Shown here piece by piece: positions 28,124 to 37,632 of a stretch of 64,000 nucleotides of DNA. The notes below the pieces were generated by a model. The model ran no database searches. It saw only the letters and a list, made by a program, of their open reading frames with translations, and was not told the origin of the DNA. A program made the position numbers and the translations under genes. Position 1 is the first letter of the stretch. Each line of letters opens with the position of its first letter. The DNA comes from Acidimicrobiia bacterium. GTDB taxonomy: Bacteria > Actinomycetota > Acidimicrobiia > Spongiisociales > UBA5794. The DNA lies in contig JBFGCM010000005.1 of assembly GCA_041581135.1 (NCBI GenBank), positions 10,338 through 74,337 on the forward strand. Direction: 5' to 3'.

Positions 28124-29667
28124 CGGATCGCCTCGCTGGTGAGGTCGAGGGTCTCCTCGCCTTGATGGTGGTGGGTCACCCTGCGCCGGGACGCCATTGC
28201 GGGATTCGGTGCCGGGTGGTCGGAGCGATGATGGCCGCCCCGGCTCTCGGTGCGGGCGAGGGCGGTCCGCGCAATGAGCATGGCCACGAGGGTGGCGTTC
28301 CGCCCCGAAACCGTGCGCTCTGCTCCGCCGGAGAGCGCATCGATGGCTTTGGACGCCGTGCCGAGACCGGCGGCATGGCGGACGATGCCGACCTTCTCCC
28401 ACATCAGGCGACGGACGTTCGCCAGGTCCTCCCACGGTTCGAGCGAGGCGTGGGTCGCCCCGCGGGGTACGACCAGCCGGTCACCCAGTGGTCGCGGACC
28501 GGAAGCGGCGATGGCCGCAGCCGCGCGGCCGCCGAAGACCAACCCCTCGAGCAGGCTGTTGGACGCGAGGCGATTGGCCCCATGCAGTCCACTTGACGAC
28601 GCCTCGCCGACAGTCCACAGCCCGGGCAGCGACGTGCGGCCGGAGTCGTCGACGTCGATGCCCCCCATGAAGTAGTGAGCGGCGGGGGAGACCGGCAGCA
28701 GATCGCGGCGAGGATCGAGGCCGTGGACCCGGGCCAGTCCGAACACGGTCGGGAAACGGTCGGGAAGCCCACCGCCGAGGGAAGTGGCGTCGAGGTAGAC
28801 CGCGTGGCCCGCAACGAGTTGGTCCCAGATGGCGCGGGCGACCACATCGCGGGGTGCGAGCTCGGCGTCGGGGTGCACGGCCGGCATGAACCGAGCGCCC
28901 TGGTCATCGACGAGGGTGGCTCCCTCCCCGCGCAACGCCTCGGTGAGGAGGGGCATGGGGTCGTCGCCGGCGGCCAGCGCCGTGGGGTGGAACTGCACGA
29001 ACTCGAGGTCGATGAGGGTGGCGCCGGCGCGAGCCGCCATCGCGATGCCATCACCGGTGACCGGGGCCGGGTTCGTGGTCCGGCTGTACAACCGGCCGAT
29101 ACCGCCGGTTGCGATGACGGTGGCATCGGCGAGGAGCGGCATGCGATTGCCGGCGGCGTCGGCCGCCAGCACGCCGACCACGCCGTCCTGGTCACGGATC
29201 AGGTCGATGGCCGTTGCATGTTCGACCACGGCGATGTCGTCGCGGGCGCGCACGGCGCCCCGCAGCGTGCGCATCAGCTCGGTTCCGGTGGCGTCGCCGT
29301 CGGCATGGATGATGCGACGGGCGGAATGCCCGGCCTCCTGTCCCAGTGTCAACGCACCCGAGGGACCGCGGTCGAACGCAGCACCCAACTCCACCAGCCA
29401 GGCGATCCGGTCTGCGGCGGCCTCCGTGAGGACCTCGGCGAGGCCGGGCTCGCCGAGGCCGGCGGAGACCGCGACCGTGTCGGCGGCATGGCTCGCAGGC
29501 GAGTCCCCGGCTCCAATCGGTGCCGCGATACCGCCTTGAGCCAAGTCACTCGAGCCGTCTGCGCCCAGCGAACCCTTGGTGAACACTGTCGCCGATCCGA
29601 CGGCGAGCGCGGTGGTCAGCCCGGCGACGCCGCTGCCGATGACGACGGTGTGCGGGGCGCGGGGCAC
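28111..29667 (-). CDS. nadB: L-aspartate oxidase
   Basis: GTG 29667 gives VVIGSGVAGLTTA. Flavoprotein motifs are present, and the C-terminal ARTESRGGHHRSD is typical of NadB. Confidence 0.9.
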   Translation of the reverse strand: MPRAPHTVVIGSGVAGLTTALAVGSATVFTKGSLGADGSSDLAQGGIAAPIGAGDSPASHAADTVAVSAGLGEPGLAEVLTEAAADRIAWLVELGAAFDRGPSGALTLGQEAGHSARRIIHADGDATGTELMRTLRGAVRARDDIAVVEHATAIDLIRDQDGVVGVLAADAAGNRMPLLADATVIATGGIGRLYSRTTNPAPVTGDGIAMAARAGATLIDLEFVQFHPTALAAGDDPMPLLTEALRGEGATLVDDQGARFMPAVHPDAELAPRDVVARAIWDQLVAGHAVYLDATSLGGGLPDRFPTVFGLARVHGLDPRRDLLPVSPAAHYFMGGIDVDDSGRTSLPGLWTVGEASSSGLHGANRLASNSLLEGLVFGGRAAAAIAASGPRPLGDRLVVPRGATHASLEPWEDLANVRRLMWEKVGIVRHAAGLGTASKAIDALSGGAERTVSGRNATLVAMLIARTALARTESRGGHHRSDHPAPNPAMASRRRVTHHHQGEETLDLTSEAIRWAS

Positions 29668-29668
29668 C

Positions 29669-30658
29669 TCAGGACACCTTGACGGCCAGCATGCGCTCCA
29701 CGGACTGCCGTGCCCTGGTGGCGACCTCGACCTCGACCTCCACCTGATGCTGCATGTAGGCCAGTGCATCGCGGATGTTGGCCAGCGTGATTCGCTTCAT
29801 GTGCGGGCAGAGGTTGCACGGCTTCACGAACTCGACGTCGGGCACCTCGATCTCGACATTGGACGCCATGGAGCATTCGGTCACCATGACCACCCGGCTG
29901 GGACGCTCGTCCTTCACCCAGCGGATCATGCCGGCGGTCGAGCCCACGTAGTCGGCCTCCTCCAGCACGTCGGGAGGGCACTCGGGATGGGCGATGATCT
30001 GGACCCCGGGATGGCTGGTCCGGAACCCGCGCAGCTCGTCTCCGGTGAACCGCTCGTGCACCATGCACGACCCCTCCCACACGATGATCTCGACGTCGGT
30101 CTGGGTCGCCACCCACTTCCCGAGGTACTGATCGGGGAGAAAGATCACTCGATCCTCGCCCAGCGACTCGACCACCTGCACTGCGTTGCCCGAAGTGCAG
30201 CAGATGTCGGATTCGGCCTTCACCTCCGCCGACGTGTTCACGTACGTGACCACCGGCACGCCCGGATAGCGCTCGCGCAGCAGGCGGATGTCGGCGGCGG
30301 TGATGGACTCGGCGAGGGAGCACCCGGCACGGAGATCGGGGATGAGCACGGTCTTGTCCGGATTGACGATCTTGGCGGTCTCCGCCATGAAGTGCACGCC
30401 GCCGAGCACGATGACGTCGGCCGGGGTGGCGGCGGCCTGGTGGGCGAGCGCGAGGGAGTCGCCGGTGAAGTCGGCGACACCGTGATAGATGTCCGGCGTC
30501 ATGTAGTTGTGGGCCATGACCACGGCGTTGCGCTGTTCCTTGAGGACTTCGATCTCGTCGATGACTGCCGACGCGATGGCGAGTTCCACGTCGGGCAACA
30601 CGCCCTCGAGGCGGCGCGCCCCGACCGGCTGCAGCTCGAGAGGGGTGGTGTGTGCCAT
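29669..30658 (-). CDS. nadA: quinolinate synthase
   Basis: 329 aa. VMAHNYM, GDSLALA, VHFMAETA and CSMA-type motifs. AGGAG lies upstream of the ATG. Confidence 0.9.
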   Translation of the reverse strand: MAHTTPLELQPVGARRLEGVLPDVELAIASAVIDEIEVLKEQRNAVVMAHNYMTPDIYHGVADFTGDSLALAHQAAATPADVIVLGGVHFMAETAKIVNPDKTVLIPDLRAGCSLAESITAADIRLLRERYPGVPVVTYVNTSAEVKAESDICCTSGNAVQVVESLGEDRVIFLPDQYLGKWVATQTDVEIIVWEGSCMVHERFTGDELRGFRTSHPGVQIIAHPECPPDVLEEADYVGSTAGMIRWVKDERPSRVVMVTECSMASNVEIEVPDVEFVKPCNLCPHMKRITLANIRDALAYMQHQVEVEVEVATRARQSVERMLAVKVS

Positions 30659-30696
30659 CTGGATCTCCTGGGGTGGTCAGGGGTATGCGAGCGACT

Positions 30697-30715
30697 TATA
30701 CTCACTTAGAGTATA
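30697..30715. promoter_or_regulatory. inverted repeat TATACTC-N5-GAGTATA, candidate NrtR operator overlapping a TATAAG -10-like hexamer
   Basis: Sits 39 nt upstream of the nadA ATG in the 191-bp nrtR-nadA spacer. AT-rich palindrome in otherwise GC-rich DNA. Confidence 0.5.
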
Positions 30716-30849
30716 TTGTTCCCCACCACGATACGACCTGAGCGCGCTCCCTGCAAGTTTGGCGTTGGGATTTGGGGTGGGATCGGCTGCCTGCGCCCGC
30801 TCGACCTACAGGCGCCGCGGACAGGGGCCGGTGTCACCGGGAGGCCGTC

Positions 30850-31752
30850 TCACCCCCGGATACCAGGCAATCCCACGCCGGGACGGGGGCGTTCTCGAAG
30901 CACACCGCGTCGGAACCGGAAGAGCTCGGCCGGCCGCCCCATGGATCCGGTGTCCATGCGGCCGGTGCCCTCCACCAGCCCGGCGCGCTCCACGAGGCGA
31001 CGGAAGTTCTGTTTGTGGAGCCTCACCCCGGCGAGGGCCTCGACGACACGCTGCAGTTGCAGCAGTGTGAACCGTTCGGGAAGCAGCTCGAAGACCACCG
31101 GCCGGTACGTGATCTTTCCACGGATGCGGCCCAGCGCCGTGGCGGCGATGCGGCGGTGGTCCGAGACCATCGCCATCGATCGGGGCAGGTCCCGGGGTTC
31201 GTCGCGACCGTGATCGGTGTACGCCTCGGCCACCAGGCCGGCCTCGTACAACAGTTCGTAGCGCTCCAAGGCCCGCACCCCGTCCCACGTGGCTCCGCTC
31301 CGGCCGAAGGCGATGTCGATGCGCTCGAGCGCGGTCTCCGGGTCGGAACCCGACGATGCCCACTCGACGAGTCGTCTGACGAGTTCGTCGACCACGGTGG
31401 GACGGCCGAGACGGTGATCTTCCCACGGGAAGAACTCATACCAAGAGCGCCATTCGGCGTTCCCGGACGGTACCTGTTGTCGCACGAGCGCCAGGTAGGC
31501 CACCGACAGCTCTCTGGCCGCGCCGCCGCCTCGGTGGAGATCACCGAACGTGTAGAGCTGTTCGGCGTATCCCACCTCGAGGTCCGTCTCTGTGGCGATC
31601 GAGCGCCGCAGCGCCAACTCGAGCGTCTCGTCGGTGTCACGCAGATGTCCGGCAGGCAGCGCCGGGACGTCGCCGTTGACCAGGAGGATGAGCGGTCGGT
31701 CCGACGTGACCGCGGCGATGACGGCGTGCAGGCCGACGCTGATGGAACTCAC
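30850..31752 (-). CDS. nrtR: NrtR-family (Nudix-related) transcriptional regulator of NAD metabolism
   Basis: Degenerate Nudix box (GHLRDTDETLELALRRSIATETDL). C-terminal winged-helix YRPVVFELLPERFTLLQLQRVVEALAGVRLHKQNFRR...GRPAELFRF. Start uncertain: GTG 31752 is used, and the ORF extends to 31944. Confidence 0.75.
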   Translation of the reverse strand: MSSISVGLHAVIAAVTSDRPLILLVNGDVPALPAGHLRDTDETLELALRRSIATETDLEVGYAEQLYTFGDLHRGGGAARELSVAYLALVRQQVPSGNAEWRSWYEFFPWEDHRLGRPTVVDELVRRLVEWASSGSDPETALERIDIAFGRSGATWDGVRALERYELLYEAGLVAEAYTDHGRDEPRDLPRSMAMVSDHRRIAATALGRIRGKITYRPVVFELLPERFTLLQLQRVVEALAGVRLHKQNFRRLVERAGLVEGTGRMDTGSMGRPAELFRFRRGVLRERPRPGVGLPGIRG

Positions 31753-31872
31753 GAAGCCCCAGGTTATCAACGGCGCACTGGACGATCGGACATCCACCGA
31801 TATCCGATCCGGCAACGGCACCACGCCGACGCCTAGCCTGGTCAGGAGTGTTGCCGAGATGAGGGTCACGGC

Positions 31873-34029
31873 ATGTTGAGGACTGTGTTGACGTTGGATG
31901 CGTCGGCCACCGTCGCCGACGCATCTGCGCTTGTCGCCGCCCATGGGGACGCCACCGACGTGGTGGTCCGTCGCCGGGTGGGCGCGGGGTACGAGTGGTT
32001 CCTGTTTGTGGTTGCCGAGCTGCGGGGCATGCTCGACGGGGCGTCGCCGGAGTCCCGGCTCGGTGAGGTGGTCGACCTGAGCGGTCGCCCCACGTTCCCT
32101 GAGTTGTCATTCGAGGAAGCCGCTGACGGTATGCAGGGGGTCGTGGTGGACGACGGTCGGGTCGCCGGAGTCCAATACGACTCGCTGGCGTCCCCGCCGG
32201 GCGAGCTGCTCGGAGCGCCGACTCCGGTGGGCGACGATGCCGCCGCCCACGATGGCAGTCCGACGCGGAGTATCGATTTCGGGGATGTGGGTGCGGAGCC
32301 TGCGGATGATTCCAGTCCGATGCGGAGTATCGATTTCGGGGATGTGGCTTCGGAGCCTGCGGATGATTCCAGTCCGATGCGGAGCATCGACTTCGGGGAT
32401 GTGGGTGCGGAGCCTGCGGATGATTCCAGTCCGATGCGGAGTATCGATTTCGGGGAGGAACCAGCGGCATCGCAAGAATTCAGCGCCTTCCCCCATCTCG
32501 ATGCTCCCGATGCCGTGGCTCCCAACGAGTCGTTTGCGCTCGACGTGTCCCTGAGCAAGGAGCAGCAGGCGGGCACCTCGGGTGGTGCCATCTCCGTGCC
32601 GACCGCGGCGCCTACGTTCGAGCTCACGGTGCAGGTGGTCGCTCCGGACTTCGCAGTGACCAGCCAAGTGCGCCAGACGATGACGGTCGATCGGACCGAC
32701 CTCTCGACGGCCCGAGTGACCTTCGAGCTGGCGGCAGGTCCCGATCTCTTGCCGGGCGCCAGAGTCACCGTGGAGTTCTCCTATGAGGGCAACTTGTGCG
32801 GCCGGGCGTGGCGAGAAGTGCATGTCATCGAAGCCGGAGAGCCGGCGCCCCCGGTACGCGCCGAGTCCAGCGATGTCGCCACGCCGGAGCCCGAAACCGC
32901 CCCGGACCTCACCGTCACCATCAACCGCGGTTCCGACGACAAGTCCCTGACATGGTCGTTCACCAGCCCTCACGATGTCGAGATCCCCGCACCGGTCACC
33001 GAGGAGTTGCCCATCGACAGCGCCAAGTCGTTCGCGCTCGACAAGCTGCTGATGGCCGCCAAGTCGCTTCAGACCTCACTCGGCGACGAGCAGATGGCCG
33101 GGATCGCCGACTCGGTCTCCGGGGCCATGCCAGTCGAGTTCTGGACGACACTCGACGCGGTGTGGCGGATCGCCACGTCGCAGGAACGCACCCCGACGGT
33201 GTTGCTCGTCAGCGCCGACCCCTACGTGCCGTGGGAGCTGGCCTCCACCGGTGACTCCTATCTCGATCCGGAGCTGCTCGACGACGAGTACCCGCCGATT
33301 CTCGGGGCTCAAGTGCGCCTGGGCAGGTGGACGCCACCGGGCAAGAAGCCGCCACGGGGCCCGCAACGGCCCAGCTTGCCGCCGTCGAACGAGAACGCCT
33401 TCACCGGCATGGCATTGGTGATCGGCGACTACCTCGACTCCAACAACGTGCGGCCGTTGCCCGAGGCCCGTGCCGAGGGTGACGCGCTGGCGGCCGCATA
33501 CACCTCTGCGCAACTCACTGCGACGGAGGCCGACATCAATCGACTGCTCGGTGACGAGGTCGACGTCGATGGCCGGCCGGCCGATGTCATCCACTTCGCG
33601 TGCCATGGCCAGATCGACCAACGGAACCCGCTCCGCAACGGCATCGTCATCAGTGACGCCACGCCGCGGCTGGATGAGCTGATGATTCGGGGCAGCAAGT
33701 TGGGTACCCGCAACACGCCATTCGTGTTCGTCAATGCCTGCCAGCTCGGCCAGGTGGAGGCGAAGAACCTCGCCGACTACGGCGGAATGGCGGGCGCCTT
33801 TCTCCACAAAGGCGCGTGCGCGTTCGTGGCACCGCTGTGGGAAGTCGCCGACAAAGTGGCCAGGGAGTTCGCCATCGACTTCTACCAGCAGACGGTCACC
33901 GAGGGCCTTCCCGTCGCCGAAGCGCTGCGTCGGCTCCGCAAGCGCTTCTCGGCATCCGGTCAGGCCGTATCGACGTACTTGGCCTACACCTACTACGGGC
34001 ACCCCGAATTGCGCCTCGTCAGCCCTTAG
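31873..34029 (+). CDS. CHAT-domain (caspase-like peptidase) protein with N-terminal CBS-like region, acidic tandem repeats and Ig-like region
   Basis: 718 aa. The C-terminal CHAT core has a His/Cys dyad context (DVIHFACHGQ, FVFVNACQLG, FVAPLWEV). There are 19-aa repeats, SP(M/T)RSIDFGDV(G/A)(A/S)EPADDS x3.5. Confidence 0.75.
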   Translation: MLRTVLTLDASATVADASALVAAHGDATDVVVRRRVGAGYEWFLFVVAELRGMLDGASPESRLGEVVDLSGRPTFPELSFEEAADGMQGVVVDDGRVAGVQYDSLASPPGELLGAPTPVGDDAAAHDGSPTRSIDFGDVGAEPADDSSPMRSIDFGDVASEPADDSSPMRSIDFGDVGAEPADDSSPMRSIDFGEEPAASQEFSAFPHLDAPDAVAPNESFALDVSLSKEQQAGTSGGAISVPTAAPTFELTVQVVAPDFAVTSQVRQTMTVDRTDLSTARVTFELAAGPDLLPGARVTVEFSYEGNLCGRAWREVHVIEAGEPAPPVRAESSDVATPEPETAPDLTVTINRGSDDKSLTWSFTSPHDVEIPAPVTEELPIDSAKSFALDKLLMAAKSLQTSLGDEQMAGIADSVSGAMPVEFWTTLDAVWRIATSQERTPTVLLVSADPYVPWELASTGDSYLDPELLDDEYPPILGAQVRLGRWTPPGKKPPRGPQRPSLPPSNENAFTGMALVIGDYLDSNNVRPLPEARAEGDALAAAYTSAQLTATEADINRLLGDEVDVDGRPADVIHFACHGQIDQRNPLRNGIVISDATPRLDELMIRGSKLGTRNTPFVFVNACQLGQVEAKNLADYGGMAGAFLHKGACAFVAPLWEVADKVAREFAIDFYQQTVTEGLPVAEALRRLRKRFSASGQAVSTYLAYTYYGHPELRLVSP
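32257..32456 (+). repeat. 57-bp tandem repeat x about 3.5 (in-frame, inside the CHAT gene)
   Basis: Copies start at 32257, 32314, 32371 and 32428 (the last is partial). Only a few substitutions separate them. Confidence 0.9.
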
Positions 34030-34934
34030 CGGCCCAGCAGCGCCCGAATGAAGAACCAGATGTTCGCCGGTCGCTCGGCGAGCCGTCGGGTCAGGTACGG
34101 ATACCAGGCGGCGCCGTATGGCACGTAGATGCGGAGCCGGTACCCGGCGGCGATCAGCTCCGCCTGCACGTCCTGGCGGACGCCGTAGAGCATCTGGAAC
34201 TCCAAGGGCCGGTCCGCGGCGAGCCCACGCACCACATCCAGCCGCTCCGTGTCGTGGCTTGCCACGGCGGGAAGCGCCGCCTCCTGAGCGAAGAGCTGTT
34301 CAGCGAGCGCGTCGAAGGCCCTGTTCACGGCCGCTCGACCCTGAAGGGCGATCGACTTGCGTTCGCGATAGGCCCCTTTGCACAACCGGATGTGCCCACC
34401 CAGGGGCGCGATGGTGGCGACGTCGGCGGGAGTGCGGTACAGGTATGCCTGCACCGCGACACCCAGGTTGCCGTGACGCTGCTGGGCGGTGGAGTAGATC
34501 TCGATGGTGTCGCCCGTGTGGAGGGATTCCTCCATGTCGATGGTCACGGTGGTGCCGACCTCCGCCGCCCGGGTTGCCAGCGCGTCCAACGACTCCTCCA
34601 CGAGGGAGCGGTCGAGACCCAGCCCCAGCTGGGTCAGCTTGATGCTGACGTTGGCGTCGAGCCCGTCCTGCTCGATGGCGTCCAGACACGCCAGATAGTC
34701 GTCCAGCGCACTCTTGGCGGCGACGACATCGGTGACGTGCTCGCCGAGGTGGTCGAGCGAGACGGCCGCCCCCGACGCATTCAGCTCGACGGCGACCTGT
34801 ACCGCATCGTCGAGATGATCGCCCGCCACGAAGCGCTCTGCGATCGCCCTGCCGGCGCGGTTTTCGGTCACGAACCGTTCGATGAGCGGCAGGTGTGCGG
34901 TCTCGAGGACTGCCCGGCCCATACGCGTGGTCAT
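34026..34934 (-). CDS. proline dehydrogenase
   Basis: Motifs SLDHLGE, VSIKLTQLG, TIDMEES, VAVQAYL, IRLCKGAY and RIYVPYG..WYPYLTRRLAERPAN. Start is ATG 34934 or 34961. Confidence 0.85.
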   Translation of the reverse strand: MTTRMGRAVLETAHLPLIERFVTENRAGRAIAERFVAGDHLDDAVQVAVELNASGAAVSLDHLGEHVTDVVAAKSALDDYLACLDAIEQDGLDANVSIKLTQLGLGLDRSLVEESLDALATRAAEVGTTVTIDMEESLHTGDTIEIYSTAQQRHGNLGVAVQAYLYRTPADVATIAPLGGHIRLCKGAYRERKSIALQGRAAVNRAFDALAEQLFAQEAALPAVASHDTERLDVVRGLAADRPLEFQMLYGVRQDVQAELIAAGYRLRIYVPYGAAWYPYLTRRLAERPANIWFFIRALLGR

Positions 34935-34980
34935 GGGCCCATTCTGGTCGTTGCGGCGCACCGGGCGCCGATTACTCGGC

Positions 34981-36654
34981 CTAGGTCAGCACCAGCTCCC
35001 GTGCCAGGTCCAGTCCCACCGGGCCGATCTCCAAGAGGTCGGTGTGGAAGCGCTTCAGATCGAACGCATCGCCCTCGCGCCGCATGCGCTCGTCCCGCAG
35101 CTCGCTGATCACGCGCTCACCGATCTTGTAGGCGATGGCCTGTCCGGGCCAGCCGAAATACCGGGTCGCTTCCGATACGGCATACTCCGCGTCGAGCGTG
35201 GCGTAGTCGCGCAGCATCTCGGTCGCCGCCTCGAACGTCCATCGCGCGCCCGGGTGGAACGGCTGATCGTCAGGAATGGCGAAGTCGAGGTGCACCCCGA
35301 TGTCGATCACGATGCGGCATGCCCGCAGCATCTGTACCGAGAGCAGGCCGAACACGTACTCGGGTTCGTCCAGGTAGCCCAGGTCTCGCATCAGCTGTTC
35401 TGCGTACAGCGCCCACCCTTCGCCCATGCCCGGGTACCACATCAAGATGCGCTGGAGGCGACTGTGGTGCTCTGCCATCGCCAGTTGCATCCCCACCTGG
35501 AGGTGGTGACCGGGGAAGCCCTCGTGGTACGCGGTCGACACCTCGTCGTACATCGAGAAGGGTCCGTCGCCGGCCAGCGACCACCACACGGCGCCCGGCC
35601 GGGCGAAATCCTCTGACGGACCCACGTAGTACGCGCCCAGCGGGCCGCCCGGCGGGGCCAGCTTCACCGACAACGCTCGGATCTCTTCGGGGACATCGAA
35701 GTGTCGACCGCTGAGATCGATGAGCGCCGCCGCCAACCGTTCCTCGACGAAGGCGACGAACTCCTCCCGGTTCGCCGTGCTCCGGCCGGGATCGGTCTTG
35801 AGGAGATGGAGGACCTCGGCGAGGGTGCCTCCCGGAAGCAGCTGCTCCCCGACCTCCACCATCTCCTCGTGGATGCGTTGCACCTCGGTCCAACCCCACG
35901 CATAGGTCTCCTCCGGGTCCAGGTCGCTGCCGAGGAACCGGCGGGCCGCCCGTAGATACCGGTCTCTACCCACGCCGTCCGTGTCGACCGCGGCAGACAG
36001 GTAGGTGGTCTCCAGGAAGTCGGCGAGCCGGCCGAACGTTCGGCGGGCGCTGAGCACACCGGCGGCGATCCGTTGCTTCAGTGCGTCGCCGCCGAGATCG
36101 GAACCGGCGAATTCGGTCTCGAGCAGCAGAAACGGGGAGTCGTCGCCGGCGACCGCCCGGCTCTGCTCGATGGCGGCGTGCACTTGGCGCCGTGCCACCA
36201 CGAGCCCCTTCGAGATGCCGAGTTCCAGTGACGCCCGATACCCGGCGAGCAGGTCCGGCAGCCCTTCGAGCCGGGCGGCGATGGCCTCCCAGTCCTCCCT
36301 CGAGTCTTTCCCCATGAGGTCGAAGACCTGCCGGTAGTCCTGGATGGGACAGGCGATCGAGTTGAGCTCACGCAGGTGGTCCTCTTCGACGTAGTGGGCC
36401 AGCTCGTCGGCGATCAGCGCCTCCGCTGCCCGTACGGCCAAGCGATCCCATGGGCCCTCCGGTGGAGGAAGGGCAGCCACGTCAGTCTGGCTGGCTTCGA
36501 GGAACGCACGTACCTCGGCACAGCCTTCCGGGCTGCGGTCCTCCCACCGATCATCGTGCCCGGCGATACCGAGGTAGGTGGCCAGCGACGGGAGGAGACG
36601 GGCGTACTCGTCGACGATGCGGCTGCTCAGCGCGTAGATGGGGTGATCGGGCAT
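34981..36654 (-). CDS. DUF885-family protein
   Basis: ATG 36654 behind AAGGAA. The C-terminal AYHEGFPGHHLQ...PGQAIAYKIGE is characteristic of DUF885. Confidence 0.7.
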   Translation of the reverse strand: MPDHPIYALSSRIVDEYARLLPSLATYLGIAGHDDRWEDRSPEGCAEVRAFLEASQTDVAALPPPEGPWDRLAVRAAEALIADELAHYVEEDHLRELNSIACPIQDYRQVFDLMGKDSREDWEAIAARLEGLPDLLAGYRASLELGISKGLVVARRQVHAAIEQSRAVAGDDSPFLLLETEFAGSDLGGDALKQRIAAGVLSARRTFGRLADFLETTYLSAAVDTDGVGRDRYLRAARRFLGSDLDPEETYAWGWTEVQRIHEEMVEVGEQLLPGGTLAEVLHLLKTDPGRSTANREEFVAFVEERLAAALIDLSGRHFDVPEEIRALSVKLAPPGGPLGAYYVGPSEDFARPGAVWWSLAGDGPFSMYDEVSTAYHEGFPGHHLQVGMQLAMAEHHSRLQRILMWYPGMGEGWALYAEQLMRDLGYLDEPEYVFGLLSVQMLRACRIVIDIGVHLDFAIPDDQPFHPGARWTFEAATEMLRDYATLDAEYAVSEATRYFGWPGQAIAYKIGERVISELRDERMRREGDAFDLKRFHTDLLEIGPVGLDLARELVLT

Positions 36655-36692
36655 CCGTTCCTTGGTGGGTGCGCCGAGGAGCGTACCGACCG

Positions 36693-37577
36693 TCAATCGG
36701 GATGGCGGATCGAGTGCTCCCATTCGGCCAGGAAGGTTCGCACTGCGGCGACGAAGGCCAGCGGCTGATCCAGGATCAGGTGATGGTGGGCTTCCGGTAT
36801 CGACACCACCGGTGCCTTGCCGCCCATCACTTCGTACATGTAGTCGGCGGTGTCGGGGGGAACGACCACCGACCACTCACCGCGAAGGAGTGCCACTCGG
36901 ATGTCGATGGCGGCGAGCTTCTCGTTGACCGGCCTGCGCTCGCCTGCGAACACCTTTGGGTCGAACTTCCACGTCCAGCCGGCGTCCGTCTCGTGGAGGG
37001 AATGGCGGGCGATGTGCTCGATGAGGTAGTCGTTGGCGCATGGCTGACCGGGCACCAGGCGGAATCGTTGCATCGCGGTGGCCAGGTCGGGATAGGTGCC
37101 GGGGCGACGGAAATCATCACCGCGGGACGCAGACTCGGATTCGGGATCGGGGCGACGCACCGGCGCATCCACGATGATCGCCCCGGCGAGCCGCTGGCCA
37201 TAGGTGGCCGCAGCCTCGATGGTCACCAACCCCCCCAGGCTGTGGCCGATCAGGCTGGGTGGGCCGGCCAGGTCGGCGTCCTCTGCGACGGCCATGATCT
37301 CGGCCGCCCACGTCGACAGCGTGTACGCCTCGCGCCTGCCTGAGTCGCCGTGCCCGGAGAGGTGCAGTGCCAGCACCCGGTGCCGCTCCATGAACAACGG
37401 AGCCAGGAAGCTCCACCACTGCGCATGGGCGGCACCACCATGCACCAGCACGAGGCCCGGTTTGTGCGCGGTCTCTCGCGTACCCCAGTCCAGGTAGCGG
37501 ATGGGCGTACCGGTGACGTTGACGGTGCGTTCGTCGTATGGCGTGGCGACGGCCTTGAGGAACCAGTCGGGTGTCAT
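36693..37577 (-). CDS. alpha/beta-fold hydrolase
   Basis: HGGAAHAQWW oxyanion region and nucleophile elbow GHSLGG. Confidence 0.75.
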   Translation of the reverse strand: MTPDWFLKAVATPYDERTVNVTGTPIRYLDWGTRETAHKPGLVLVHGGAAHAQWWSFLAPLFMERHRVLALHLSGHGDSGRREAYTLSTWAAEIMAVAEDADLAGPPSLIGHSLGGLVTIEAAATYGQRLAGAIIVDAPVRRPDPESESASRGDDFRRPGTYPDLATAMQRFRLVPGQPCANDYLIEHIARHSLHETDAGWTWKFDPKVFAGERRPVNEKLAAIDIRVALLRGEWSVVVPPDTADYMYEVMGGKAPVVSIPEAHHHLILDQPLAFVAAVRTFLAEWEHSIRHPD

Positions 37578-37632
37578 GGGCTCCTTTCTAGTCGCCTCGG
37601 GCGCTGCGGAAGGTGGCTACCGTGCCGTGGCC

